From contig CM035361.1 of assembly GCA_020137815.1 (NCBI GenBank), positions 2,542,001 through 2,606,000 of the forward strand: 64,000 nt of DNA. Reading direction: 5' to 3'. Both the position numbers and the translations under genes were made by a program. The notes below the pieces were generated by a model. It did not search any database and was not told where the DNA came from. It saw nothing but the letters and a program-made list of their open reading frames with translations. Position 1 is the stretch's first letter. The number at the start of each line of letters is the position of its first letter. Of the stretch, positions 43,099 through 54,118 are shown in pieces. Source of the DNA: Hormiphora californensis (Eukaryota; Animalia; Ctenophora).

Positions 43099-44904
43099 TT
43101 ATTGGTTCAGTGTTAACCGATTATTTCGCATGAGTCGGACCATGACTCCGGCGAAGTAGATACTGGTTATGGAGTAGAGGATCACGAAGATGTTTGCATC
43201 AGTCAACTCCCTGTGGGGGAAGTGGGTGGGTAAATTATATGTTATGGGGGGGGGGGGGTAAGTTATGTTTGTGGGAGGGAGTAAACTACATGTTGTGGTG
43301 GGGGCGGGGTGGGTAAATTATATGTTAATGATCAGTTAGTAGTCGGTAGTGGGTCTGCGTTAGATCGAGCTCGCCAGTATTATGATAAGGTGTTGTTGTA
43401 AAATAAAATTAAGTGTTCGAGCTATAAAAGTAGCTCATATTGGGCGTTGGATGATATCACGCTGAGCAGTGAGGGTTCAGTAGAGCAATATATTGGTAGT
43501 TCATGCCGGTAGTGAACTGCACGTGCGTCAGAGATTATCTCTATTTTCATTTCTTTCTGGTCTCTGTGCAGAGCACACGAGAACCGCAGTCAGAGCATTG
43601 GCCTGACTGCATTAGGTAGAATTACTTTCGTGATATCTGAAAATATATTTTCTTTGATTTGTTTATCAAAGATGATAAATCAAAGAAAATAAGCAGTAAT
43701 GAATAACTACGGTGGCAGATTCCGGCCACGTGTTTTTTCAATCAAGTGAAATATTTTTGTTTGAAGTTTTATAAAAATTTTATTTCAAAATAAAAATAAA
43801 CATGTCGTTAAAATTATTGGCCGGAATCTGCCACACGGGTGGCAGATTCCGGCCAAGATTCTCAAAAAACCTTGGCCAGAATCTGCCACACACGTGGCAG
43901 ATTCTGGCCAACCAACTAAAACTTGTTTATATCAAAGCGAAAACCACTGTACCCGACTAATTTTGATACGCTGAATCACGTAAGATACTTTTCCAATCCC
44001 TCAGAGGTCGGAAAAGTGTCATAATTGACCATAATTGTGTCTAATTGACCCCACTTACCACTTTTCACATTGAAACGATAGACGCTTATATGAAGGCACT
44101 TTTCCGACTAATTTTGATACGCTGAATCACGTAAGCAACTTTTCCAAGTCCTCCGAGGTCGGGAAAATGCCTTAATTGAGCAATTAAGGCTAATTAGACC
44201 CAATTATACCCAATTAAGGCATTTTCCCGACCTCGGAGGACTTGGAAAAGTTGCTTACGTGATTCAGCGTATCAAAATTAGTCGGAAAAGTGCCTTCACA
44301 TAAGTGTCTATCGTTTTAAGGCGAAAAGTTGTAAGTGGGGTCAATTAGACCCAATTATGGTCAATTATGACACTTTCCCGACATCTGAGGGATCGAAAAA
44401 GTATCTTACGTGATTCAGCGTATCAAAATTAGTCGGGTACAGTGGTTTTCGCTTTGATATAAACAAGTTTTAGTTGGTTGGCCAGAATCTGCCACGTGTG
44501 TGGCAGATTCTGGCCAAGGTTTTTTGAGAATCTTGGCCGGAATCTGCCACCCGCGTGGCAGATTCCGGCCAATAATTTTAACGACATGTTTATTTTTATT
44601 TTGAAATAAAATTTTTATAAAACTTCAAACAAAAATATTTCACTTGATTGAAAAAACTCTTGGCCGGAATCTGCCACCGTAAATAACTGAGCGTACCTGA
44701 AGCAGTAATAAAGACCAACGGGGAACATGAAGACAAGAAGTTGAAGATCAAAGTAGAAGCTAGCCCAAGTGGTGGGTTGATGTTCGGAGACGGATGCGAT
44801 GATAGGGATGTTGTTCTTGGCGTAGGATGGATCTAGGAGAGAGTAGAACCTGCCAGTCCAGGGTGCGATCTTTCCCAGGAAGGTAGCCACACCGAATGTG
44901 AGAC
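43099..44904 (-). pseudogene. STT3: Isolated two-exon fragment of the oligosaccharyltransferase catalytic subunit STT3
   Basis: Exon 44904-44697 reads [60 protein letters not shown]. Exon from 43210 reads ELTDANIFVILYSITSIYFAGVMVRLM, then homology ends and a stop follows. No other STT3 exons recognised. Confidence 0.8.
43708..44681. mobile_element. Foldback element with ~480-bp arms in the STT3-fragment intron
   Basis: TACGGTGGCAGATTCCGGCCA...TGGCCGGAATCTGCCACCGTA, flanked by aataac on both sides (6-bp TSD; alternatively read as a TA TSD). Confidence 0.85.
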
Positions 44905-46074
44905 CTGTGGGGGAATTGTTTAGTTGATATAGCTGCCTAGCTCGACCCCCTAGGAGGGAGGGTTAGAACATAACACGAATTGTTAGCTGGTAGCATGCCC
45001 TGTCATTAGAGTTAGCCTGCAACTGCCCGTTCCAAATATAATGTGACAGTTAAGCAAAACTGGGGCGATCGTACCGATCGCAAATCGAGGGACCTGTTTC
45101 TATCTTTTTCTCTCTTCCTCTCTGCCTGCCTGTCGCTATGTATCTCTATCTCTCTGTCCCTCTCTTTATGTCTCTCTTTATGTCTCTTTCTTTGTCTCTC
45201 TCCCCCAGAAAGTCCTGGTGATAGACCTGTCTGGCGCCGCCGACCCCATCTGAGCGCACTGAGAATCAAATTGGGGTATGGGCGCCGCCATACAGTGATA
45301 GACCAGGTAGCTAAGCGAGCTACCTTGTGATGTGATCCCTCTCTTTTACTTTCTCTCTTTCTCTCCCTTTTATGTATGTGATGTGACCCCTCTAATTCGC
45401 AAGCAGTTCTGAAGCACTTGTGATACGTGATACCTACGAATCACATCGTCACATTGACGGATCACGTCGTCACATTGACGGATCACGTCGTCACATTGAC
45501 GGATCACGTCGTCACATTGACGATAGGGTGTCACATTTCCGTGCAAATTTGCATTAGATATAGTTAGATAACCCTGATATTGATCCAGCTTCACGAAAAG
45601 GGTTTTGTAACAATTAAGTTACTCACGGAAGAGTCACACAAAATGGTGTAGCATGGAGAGATAGCGTGAGCTGAGAGAGTCCCGAGTGAGGACGGAGCGA
45701 GAGATTATAGGGAGAGGGATAAAGACTAAAGGAAATGCAGTGCTTCAATTATGATAATTTCTTCCGTTCTTTTAATTTCTTACCAAGCTTTAAACTCGAT
45801 TTCAGTCCATTTCCCGCCTGCTCTCTCAGTGAGAGTCTCACCCCCGTATTTTACAGCTTTTATAATTGCTCAAACGATTATCTAAAATAAAGGAAAAGTT
45901 ATTTCCGTTTTGATTCTTTGTAGAATCTCTCATCCTCGCTGAGGGGGCAGTGCTCATTGAGCACTGGACTCACACACCATATTTTTCTTTTACCACTGTT
46001 GCATTTGTTGTAGGTACATAAAATAAACTTTTGTAGCTAAGCCCTAAAGGAAATAATCCCCTAAACAACTAAAC

Positions 46075-47440
46075 ATGGGACGGATTGCCGTTTTCTCATT
46101 TCTGTAAGTAAAATCAATCATAACACTAACATTAATTAATTGTATAGCTTATAGTTTGTTGAAAATATATGAGCGAAAGTGATCTGGATGAGCTAAATAT
46201 ACCACGATACCTGTTCAAAAAATACTTTTGAACTTTGATAGGGTCCTACATCATCCACCATCCTAATTAATAATGAATTAGTTAACCTGTAATTAACAAA
46301 CCAATACAGTCGGACCCCGATTTAGGGGCCCCCGATTTAGTGGCACCCCGATTTAGGGACAGGATTTTTTTCCCCCGACATACGAAAATTAGCATTATTT
46401 GAACCCGATTTAGTGGACACCCCGATTTAGTGGACAAGAGCCTTTCCCCCGAGGGTGTCCCTAAATCGGGGTCCGACTGTATATTATTTACAGGTTTGCC
46501 ACAGTTTCCTGTCGATCAATTTTTGACGAGATCCAAATAAAAGGAGCTGGAGCCTGGAACTCGCAGGAAGAGGACAGTTTTGGGGTAAAATCCGTCGGGA
46601 AATGGGCGGCCTCCGCGGAAGATCTGGGTATCAAGGGGAATGGACAATGGGCATCAGAGGAGGAGGAGGAAGAGTTTGGATTGAGAGGTCAGGGAGCGTG
46701 GGATACTGAAGATTTTGGAGTAAAGGGATCGTGGGATTCTGAAGATTTTGGAGTTAAGGGATCATGGGATTCTGAAGAGTTTGGAGTTAAGGGATCGTGG
46801 GATTCGGAAGAGGAGTTCGGGATCCGGGGAGACGGAGCATGGAACTCAGAAGGAATTAACATTAAAGGTAAACAATTTATCCCTACCTATAATACAAGCA
46901 TAATTAATCAATAAGATCTGTGTGACTAATTGCCTATCACCACGATCCGACCAACTGATTGAATCGTGATATTGAGACCCAACTCATTTTACTTTACTCA
47001 ACAACATTTTACAGGAGAGGGGGCTTGGGATTCTGAAGATGAGTTCGGAATAAAAGGAGCAGCGTGGTCTGAAGAGGTAATTTATCTTTACTAATTCAAG
47101 TAAATACCCGAGTTAATTGTCTAGTTAATTGTCTAGTCGATAGTTGCAGCCTGCAACTATCGACTAGAAAATTAACTCGTTTGGGCGATCACTCGACTAA
47201 ACTATGCTCTCTTCGAACTAAATAATTTAATATAGTTATTTATCCCAACCCTTCATATAATGAATTGCATAATACTACTGAGCTAACTTACCCATCCGTT
47301 TCAAATATAATGCTCGTTATTCGATATATCGTTTATATTCAATATGCCCCAATAAACCTTTAGAGACAACTATTAATTTAAACCCCCTGCAGGCCGAGAT
47401 GCAGTTGCTTCCACCCCATATAATTCCACACGACAAGTAG
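46075..47440 (+). CDS. Secreted multi-copy peptide precursor (signal peptide plus 10 W-terminated repeats with acidic spacers); exons 46075-46103, 46494-46867, 47015-47076, and a last exon at 47393-47440 or 47513-47530
   Basis: In-phase GT-AG joins give MGRIAVFSFLFATVSCRSIFDE-IQIKGAGAW-NSQEEDS-FGVKSVGKW-AASAED-LGIKGNGQW-ASEEEEEE-FGLRGQGAW-DTED-(FGVKGSW-DSE[DE])x3-E-FGIRGDGAW-NSEG-INIKGEGAW-DSEDE-FGIKGAAW-SEE. Confidence 0.85.
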
Positions 47441-47807
47441 ACAGCTGTACCAGAGCACCCTAGTCCCTCTCCAGTCCTGTAGGAGCACCCTAGTCCCTCT
47501 CCCATGCTGCAGGCCAGACAGCAGTGGTGAAATTTAACGATCAGTTTCGTACCCCCGCCCTGCCGAATGGATTAACCGCAGATATATTACCTATATAAAG
47601 TGTGTTTTGGATATGGACTGATTTTACCAAAACATAATTGTTATTTGATCATCTTTATATGACTGAATGAAAACGCAGGACAATTTTCCGTGCAGTTAGT
47701 ACAGTCGGATCACGATTTACCAGGCCCCGATTTACCGGGAAGATAAAATAACGGTATTTGACCCCGGCCCCGATCATATACCGGCCGTAAATCGGGGTCC
47801 GACTATA

Positions 47808-47914
47808 ACCGTGCGTGTGAAACTGAACTCCGCAGTATCTATAGCGAAAAGATAACGGTTATGATACCCGGTACTGCTGCACCGAGCTGCAGAGTTCAGT
47901 TTTACGCACACGGT
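47808..47914. mobile_element. Small TA-flanked MITE
   Basis: accgtgcgtgtgaaactgaactc...gagttcagttttacgcacacggt. Confidence 0.7.
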
Positions 47915-48080
47915 TACTTTCCGGCTTCCGCTAGTGTACGCTGTCGAGTTACTCAACAACTGTCGAGAATTTTAGTTAATTGTGCCCTCTATATAAATGC
48001 GTGTATGTGAGAACGATCAGATTTTTTTCAAGTGATTTAAATTCTAGTTTAACGTTGTATTTCACATTTCACAACCATTA

Positions 48081-49419
48081 AGCCTGTCAAAACGTGTTTC
48101 AACCTAGAACTCACTAGAGGCAAGCCAATTCCGGTTGTACATCCTCGGTATAGGTCTCCTAAACATAAAAAACCAAAATGTCAGTCTCAATTATTTGGGG
48201 GAAGGTGTGTAATTAGCCCCTAATTGATTGGTAATTGAGCACAAGGGGGAAAAAGCTGTATCTACCCTTAGGAAAGGAGTAGAGACAAAATTAAGGGCAC
48301 CAAAGTGTTCAGCGTCCTCGCATTAGTGGGGGTAGGTGCCGGAATGAAGTCTCTATCTCATCTGGTTAATTAGATAATTGGATAATTAGGTATGCGCATA
48401 GCCGTTTGCTGGCCATATGGCTATAGCCATGTTAGGAAAGGAGTAGAGACAAAACCGAGGGCTCTAAAATGATCAGCGTCCTCGAATTAGTGGGGGTAGG
48501 TGCTGAAATTAAATCTCTATCTCATCCGGTTAATTAGATAATTGGATAATTAGTTTTGCGAATAACCGTTTTTAGGCTATATGGCTATAGCCACTTAGGA
48601 ATGGTTTAGAGACTTTTCATTGGTGCCATTTTGTAGGCAATGGCCAAGTTATGGGGGGTCGACGTCGGACTTTTAAGCTCTATCTTCAACCGTTTAGCCG
48701 TTATTTGGCTTTAAAGGTGCTCAAAATGAGCAAAAAACGGTAAAAAGCCCGATTTTTACTCATTTTCAGCACCTTAAAAGCCAAATAACGGCTAAACGGT
48801 TGAAGATAGAGCTTAAAAGTCCGACGTCGACCCCCCCATAACTTGGCCATTGCCTACAAAATGGCACCAATGAAAAGTCTCTGAACCATTCCTAAGTGGC
48901 TATAGCCATATAGCCTAAAAACGGTTATTCGCAAAACTAATTATCCAATTATCTAATTAACCGGATGAGATAGAGATTTAATTTCAGCACCTACCCCCAC
49001 TAATTCGAGGACGCTGATCATTTTAGTGCCCTCGGTTTTGTCTCTACTCCTTTCCTAACATGGCTATAGCCATTTGGCCAGCAAACGGCTATGCGCATAC
49101 CTAATTATCCAATTATCTAATTAACCAGATGAGATAGAGAATTCATTCCGGCACCTACCCCCACTAATGCGAGGACGCTGAACACTTTGGTGCCCTTAAT
49201 TTTGTCTCTACTCCTTTCCTAAGGGTAGATACAGCTTTTTCCCCCTTGTGCTCAATTACCAATCAATTAGGGGCTAATTACACACCTTCCCCCAAATAAT
49301 TGAGACTGACGTTTTGGTTTTTTATGTTCAGGAGACCTATACCTAGGATGTACAACCGGAATTGGCTTGCCTCTCGTGACTTCAAGGTTTGGCCAAAAAT
49401 CGACACGTTTTGACAGGCT
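48081..49419. mobile_element. TA-flanked foldback element with ~650-bp near-identical arms built from ~165-bp modules
   Basis: agcctgtcaaaacgtg...cacgttttgacaggct; centre near 48745. Confidence 0.85.
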
Positions 49420-49499
49420 TACATGGGCTGTCTGGCGCCGCGACCCATCTGAGTGCACTGTCGCACGCTCAGATTAATTTGAGAATCAAATGGGGTATA

Positions 49500-49791
49500 G
49501 GGATCCCTAAAAAAGTTCAGTATTTACACAGAGTTTACACAGTCTTTACTCAGTCGTTACACCCAGAGCGCCCGCGCCGCTCTGGGTGTAACGACTGCGT
49601 CTTTCGCTCTCGATTTGCAGCGTTTTCGGAAACTTTTTTCGCCGCAGCGCTCAATTTTGTCAATTGTGCAGCACACAATCCAATATTTTCTCGGAAAAAG
49701 CCACTGTGCGCAGCACGCGCCGCTCTGGGTGTAACGACTGAGTAAAGACTGTGTAAACTCTGTGTAAATACTGAACTTTTTTAGGGATCCC
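49500..49791. mobile_element. Palindromic MITE nested in the 70-bp hAT mini-MITE
   Basis: gggatccctaaaaaagttcagtatttacacagag... perfect ~70-bp TIR, TA on both sides. Confidence 0.85.
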
Positions 49792-49813
49792 TATGGCGCC
49801 GCCATACAGACCA

Positions 49814-51744
49814 TGGGGAATGCCAACTATCGCCAAATAGCGCCAACACTCGCCAACGATCTATATTATAAAGTACAAATGAACGTCGTGATGATGTAGT
49901 ATCCCACGTGCAAATAGAGGGGGGTTGCCAAGGAGGTGCTTGGGAGGGGTATAGGAGGGGGATACTGCACGTGCATGTTATTGGTTGTTTGTTGCATGTT
50001 CCTGTGTTGTTCCTGCGTTGTTTTGGGATCTACTGCTGGGGCTGCCATGATTGCCAAAGCCATTCTACCTACGTACCCCGTTGATTCTCTACACATCTAC
50101 AATTCTATGGATCTTTATCACCTAATTCTACATGTTATTCAGCGGGATTTCTGCTGATGTTTTTCACCAGCGCTCTACAAGTACCAACCTACGTATTCTT
50201 TACCCCGACACGGAGAGACAAAGAGTAAGAGGGGGAGAGAGACATGGGGACGGGTGGGGGGGATATTGTAGGACTTCAATGGGCTTTCTAGTCTATATTA
50301 TAAAGTACAAATGAACGTCGTGAGGAGGATGATGACCTATCATCACGTGCAAATGGTGGGGGGTTGCCAAGGAGGTGGCTTGGGAGGGGTATTGGAGGGG
50401 AGTACTGCACGTGCATGTTATTGTTTGTTTGTTGCGTGTTCCTGTGTTGTTCCTGTGGTGTTTTGGGATCTACTACTGGGGCCGCCATGATTGCCAAAGC
50501 CTTTCTACCTACGTACCCCGTTGATTCTCTACACAGCTACTATTCTACGGATCTTTATCACCTGATTCTACATGTTATTCAGCGGGATTTCCCTTGATGT
50601 TTATTGTTTATCACCAGCGCTCTACCACTACCAACCTCCGTATTCTTTACCCCGACACGGAGAGACGAATAGTAAGAGGGGGGGGGGGGGGACATAGAGA
50701 CGGGTGGGGGTGTTCAATGGGCTTTCTAGTTCACCAAATTGCGCCAATTGGCGCCGTTTGGTGCCGTTTGGCACCATAAGCACACATCAATGAAAACTAA
50801 AAACTAAAAATTGATTTTTTTTGGGTCATAACTCAGCTATTTCTTGGCCAAATTGCTTTTTCTTGGGCTCGTTGGAAAGAGGGCATCGAGCTTGTACCAA
50901 GTAGCTCAAGAAATTTGAAATCGGCACAAAAATGGCGAAGTTTCAGCGCAAAATGCATGTTTTAAATTTGAAACGTGCATGTTCCACCGAAAATCCGCCA
51001 ATTTTGGACTGATTTCAAATTTCTTGAGCTGTTTGGACTCCAAACAGCTCACGACCACAGTCAGACCCTAGTTTGGAACGAGCTTGACGCCCTCTTTCCA
51101 AGAAGCAATTTGGCCAAAAAATGGGTGAGTTATGACCAAAAACGTCAATCTTTAATTTTTAATTTTTATTGGTGTGTACTGCCCCTTGGCGCCATTTGGC
51201 GAACAGTTCGCCATTCGGCGCCATTTGTCACCAATCTTCGCCATTTGACGCCATTTGGCGAACGGTTCGCCATTCGGCGCCATTTCTCACTAATCTTCGC
51301 CATTTGGTGCCATTCGATTCGTTGCCGCTTGGCGCCATTTGGCGAACAGTTCACCATTTGGTGCCATTTGGCGTCATTCGTTGCCATTTGGTGAACCGTT
51401 CGCCATTTGGTGCCACTTGGCGCCGTTTGGCGAAATCGACACATTTGCCATATTTAGCAACATGGTAATTGGCGAAGATCCCATTCTGAATAAGCCCAAC
51501 CGCCACGCGGCGCCAAATGGCGGCGTTTGGTGAATTACACACTTGCCAAGTGGTGCCTGCAGACGGTTGTGGCGACGAATGGCGAACCGTTCGCCGAATG
51601 GCCCCAAGTGGCGACGAATGGCGTCGATTGGCGCCAAATGGCACCAAATTGTCCCAAATGGCGAACCGTTCGCCAAATGGCCAAGCGGCGGCTAAGTGGC
51701 GCCAAATGCTAATGGCGCCATTTGGCGATAGTTCGCATTCGCCA
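49814..51744. mobile_element. TIR element made of TGGCG/CGCCA subrepeats, hosting the Helitron pair and an inner inverted-repeat element (~50779-51180)
   Basis: Ends tggggaatgccaactatcgccaaat / atttggcgatagttcgcattcgcca are reverse complements. Confidence 0.7.
49860..50729 (+). mobile_element. Head-to-tail pair of non-autonomous Helitrons (49860-50291, 50292-50729)
   Basis: Each unit starts TCTATATTATAAAG and ends CTAG; the pair sits between A and T with no TSD. Confidence 0.85.
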
Positions 51745-53459
51745 GATTTTGGCTCCATTTATTCGCCACGTGGCGCCATCTTTCATACTACCGAAAGATC
51801 TCCCCTCCGGCCCCAAACAAAGAAACAGAAGCTCAGTTTTTTTTGGGAATTTAAAACAATCATAAGTTAACAGAAACACGCTTTCACCAAAAGAAAAGGA
51901 ACGAACACTGTACACGACACTTCGACACAAAGATGTATGGTGATATATATTGACTGGGCTGTAATATATAGAGTTCCCCACTCAGATTAGACTGTGTAGT
52001 TTAACGTTACTAACCATAGTAACAATAGTAACCATAGTAACAATAGTTACCTTGGTAACCATAGGTAACCTGTTTCACACACTTTTTTAGAGTTTCAGGG
52101 GCCCAAAACAAGATGATAGAAGACACGTGTTAATATTTCACAAAAAAAACCCTTGATAATTAACAGTTGGACCCCGATTTACCGGGATCTTCGGCGAAAG
52201 CCATAATTTTGCCCGGTAAATCGGGGTCCGACTGTATTTGTTGAGTCGCAACAACAAGAAAATACAATTGGACCCCGATTTACCGGGATCCTCGCCCATC
52301 GGGGTAAATCGAGGATCCAACTGTATACAATATTGGTCATTGGTGTATGGACAGCATGCCAGAATCTCATGATACACATAATGGAAACCCACACCAGTTT
52401 CGCTCCCGTCATATATCTTGAGAGAAACATTTTTGAAAAAAAAAGATTCAAAAGATTTAAACCTATCAAAAGAGAGAAAAATCATTTCGGGCGTGCATTG
52501 CAACAAAAAGAGTTCCCCATTATATTTTCTTTATCCCTCTCTCTCTCTCGTCTCTTCCTCTATTCACATTTCAGAATGTGTAGTGATGTGATGATTCCCT
52601 CAAATGGCCGTGAACTTCTTATCATTTTGAGCAGTCTGAAAGGAGGGTTAATTAATTAACTGATTAGAATAATTTGTTAGGGGGGCAAGAATGAACTGTT
52701 TCAGCGAACTACTATAGTAGTATCATTCACTCACACACATCTCGCACACATCTCACACATGAACACACAAACTAAAACGTTGTTTTCAAGAATTGGGATT
52801 CACAATTCAGGTTTCATGAAATATGTAACTCCAATCATAAGTATGTCTCACCCCTGTCAGGCCAATGCTCTGACAGTCTCACCTCTCCCTTGCATATCGT
52901 TAGTTTCCGGGATATTAAGTTTGTGCAATGGTGGTCATGATACTGGAAACATTAAAACCCTCATTACATACATATTTTAGTAATCTATCTACATAACAAG
53001 GGTATTACATCTGCAGCAGAGATATATAGGGGGAGGACACAAAACAATTAACAGGGGGACACAATTAACATTTAACAGTCTTTGCTTCACTTAGCATTCC
53101 AGCAAAACAGAGGTGTGCTTTGTTCGCCAATTATATCTCTTTAACATGGTTCTGTTTAGTGGTAATATACGGACCAAAAAGAGCTGACCCGATTTGAGCT
53201 CACTCATGTCATTTTGAGAATCAAAACGGAGTCTAGCGCCTTCAGACAAAGTGTGAACAGCAATTAAAATCAAATCTCACCTAACTATAGACGTCATATT
53301 ATATTGACTTCTGTTATTTGCCAGTTGATAACTAAAGAAAAATAATAGTGCGACAAACAGCCAAAATAAAAGAAAAGAATGTAACGCTTTAATCAAGTCA
53401 AAATCTTGAGGATTTGTGCAAGTTTAGCTAAGCTAAATGGGTCCACTAAGTCAGTACGA

Positions 53460-53742
53460 CCTCACCCCGTTCTCTCTTAGTTAAAGTAACGATCTCTCCC
53501 TGCTCTCTCCTAGTTAAAGTAACGATCTCTCCCTGCTCTCTCCTAGTCAAAGTAACGATCTCACCCTACTCTCTCTTAGTTAAAGTCACGATCTTTCCCT
53601 GCTCTCTCTTAGTTAAAGTAACGATCTCTCCCTACTCTCTCCTAGTTAAAGTAACGATCTCTCCCTACTCTCTACTAGTCAAAGTAACGATCTCTCCCTG
53701 CTCTCTCCTAGTAAAAGTAACGATTTCTCCCTACTCAAAGTA
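53460..53742. repeat. 33-bp minisatellite (tagttaaagtaacgatctctccctgctctctcc), about 8 copies
   Basis: Direct tandem units. Confidence 0.9.
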
Positions 53743-54118
53743 ACCACACTATTCTTGGGCGAACCGACCTAGTGGCCCAAAATCTCGATAGTAAAAACAT
53801 AGCTCTCATCTTACCAGTCGATATTTGAGGTATTCGTTAGTGGAATTGGACTCTCTTAACTTCTTATTAAGTTCGATTAGCTGGTAACGCAGCTAGGGAT
53901 ATATGGTAACCATGGTTACGAGACGTGACGTAATCAGGTATAACAGCCCCAACAACAAACATAACTAACACTATTAATACAGACACACACACCACGCAGC
54001 ATATTATATACAAACACAATCTAATTGACCACGCTGGTGGTAGCACATCATGACGTAATTATGATGTCATCAAATCATTGTTACGTCAACACATCACTAT
54101 GACGTTATTATAACTCAC

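Noticed and set aside
49473-49483. attaatttgag as a ctenophore spliced-leader 3' end (SL RNA gene)
   Set aside because: Only about 11 nt match what I recall of the SL, it is not followed by GT, and it lies inside a MITE.
50975-51870. W/R/H/A-rich overlapping ORFs as a peptide-repeat gene
   Set aside because: They arise in all frames from TGGCG/CGCCA subrepeats of a TIR element, with no signal peptide or splice structure.
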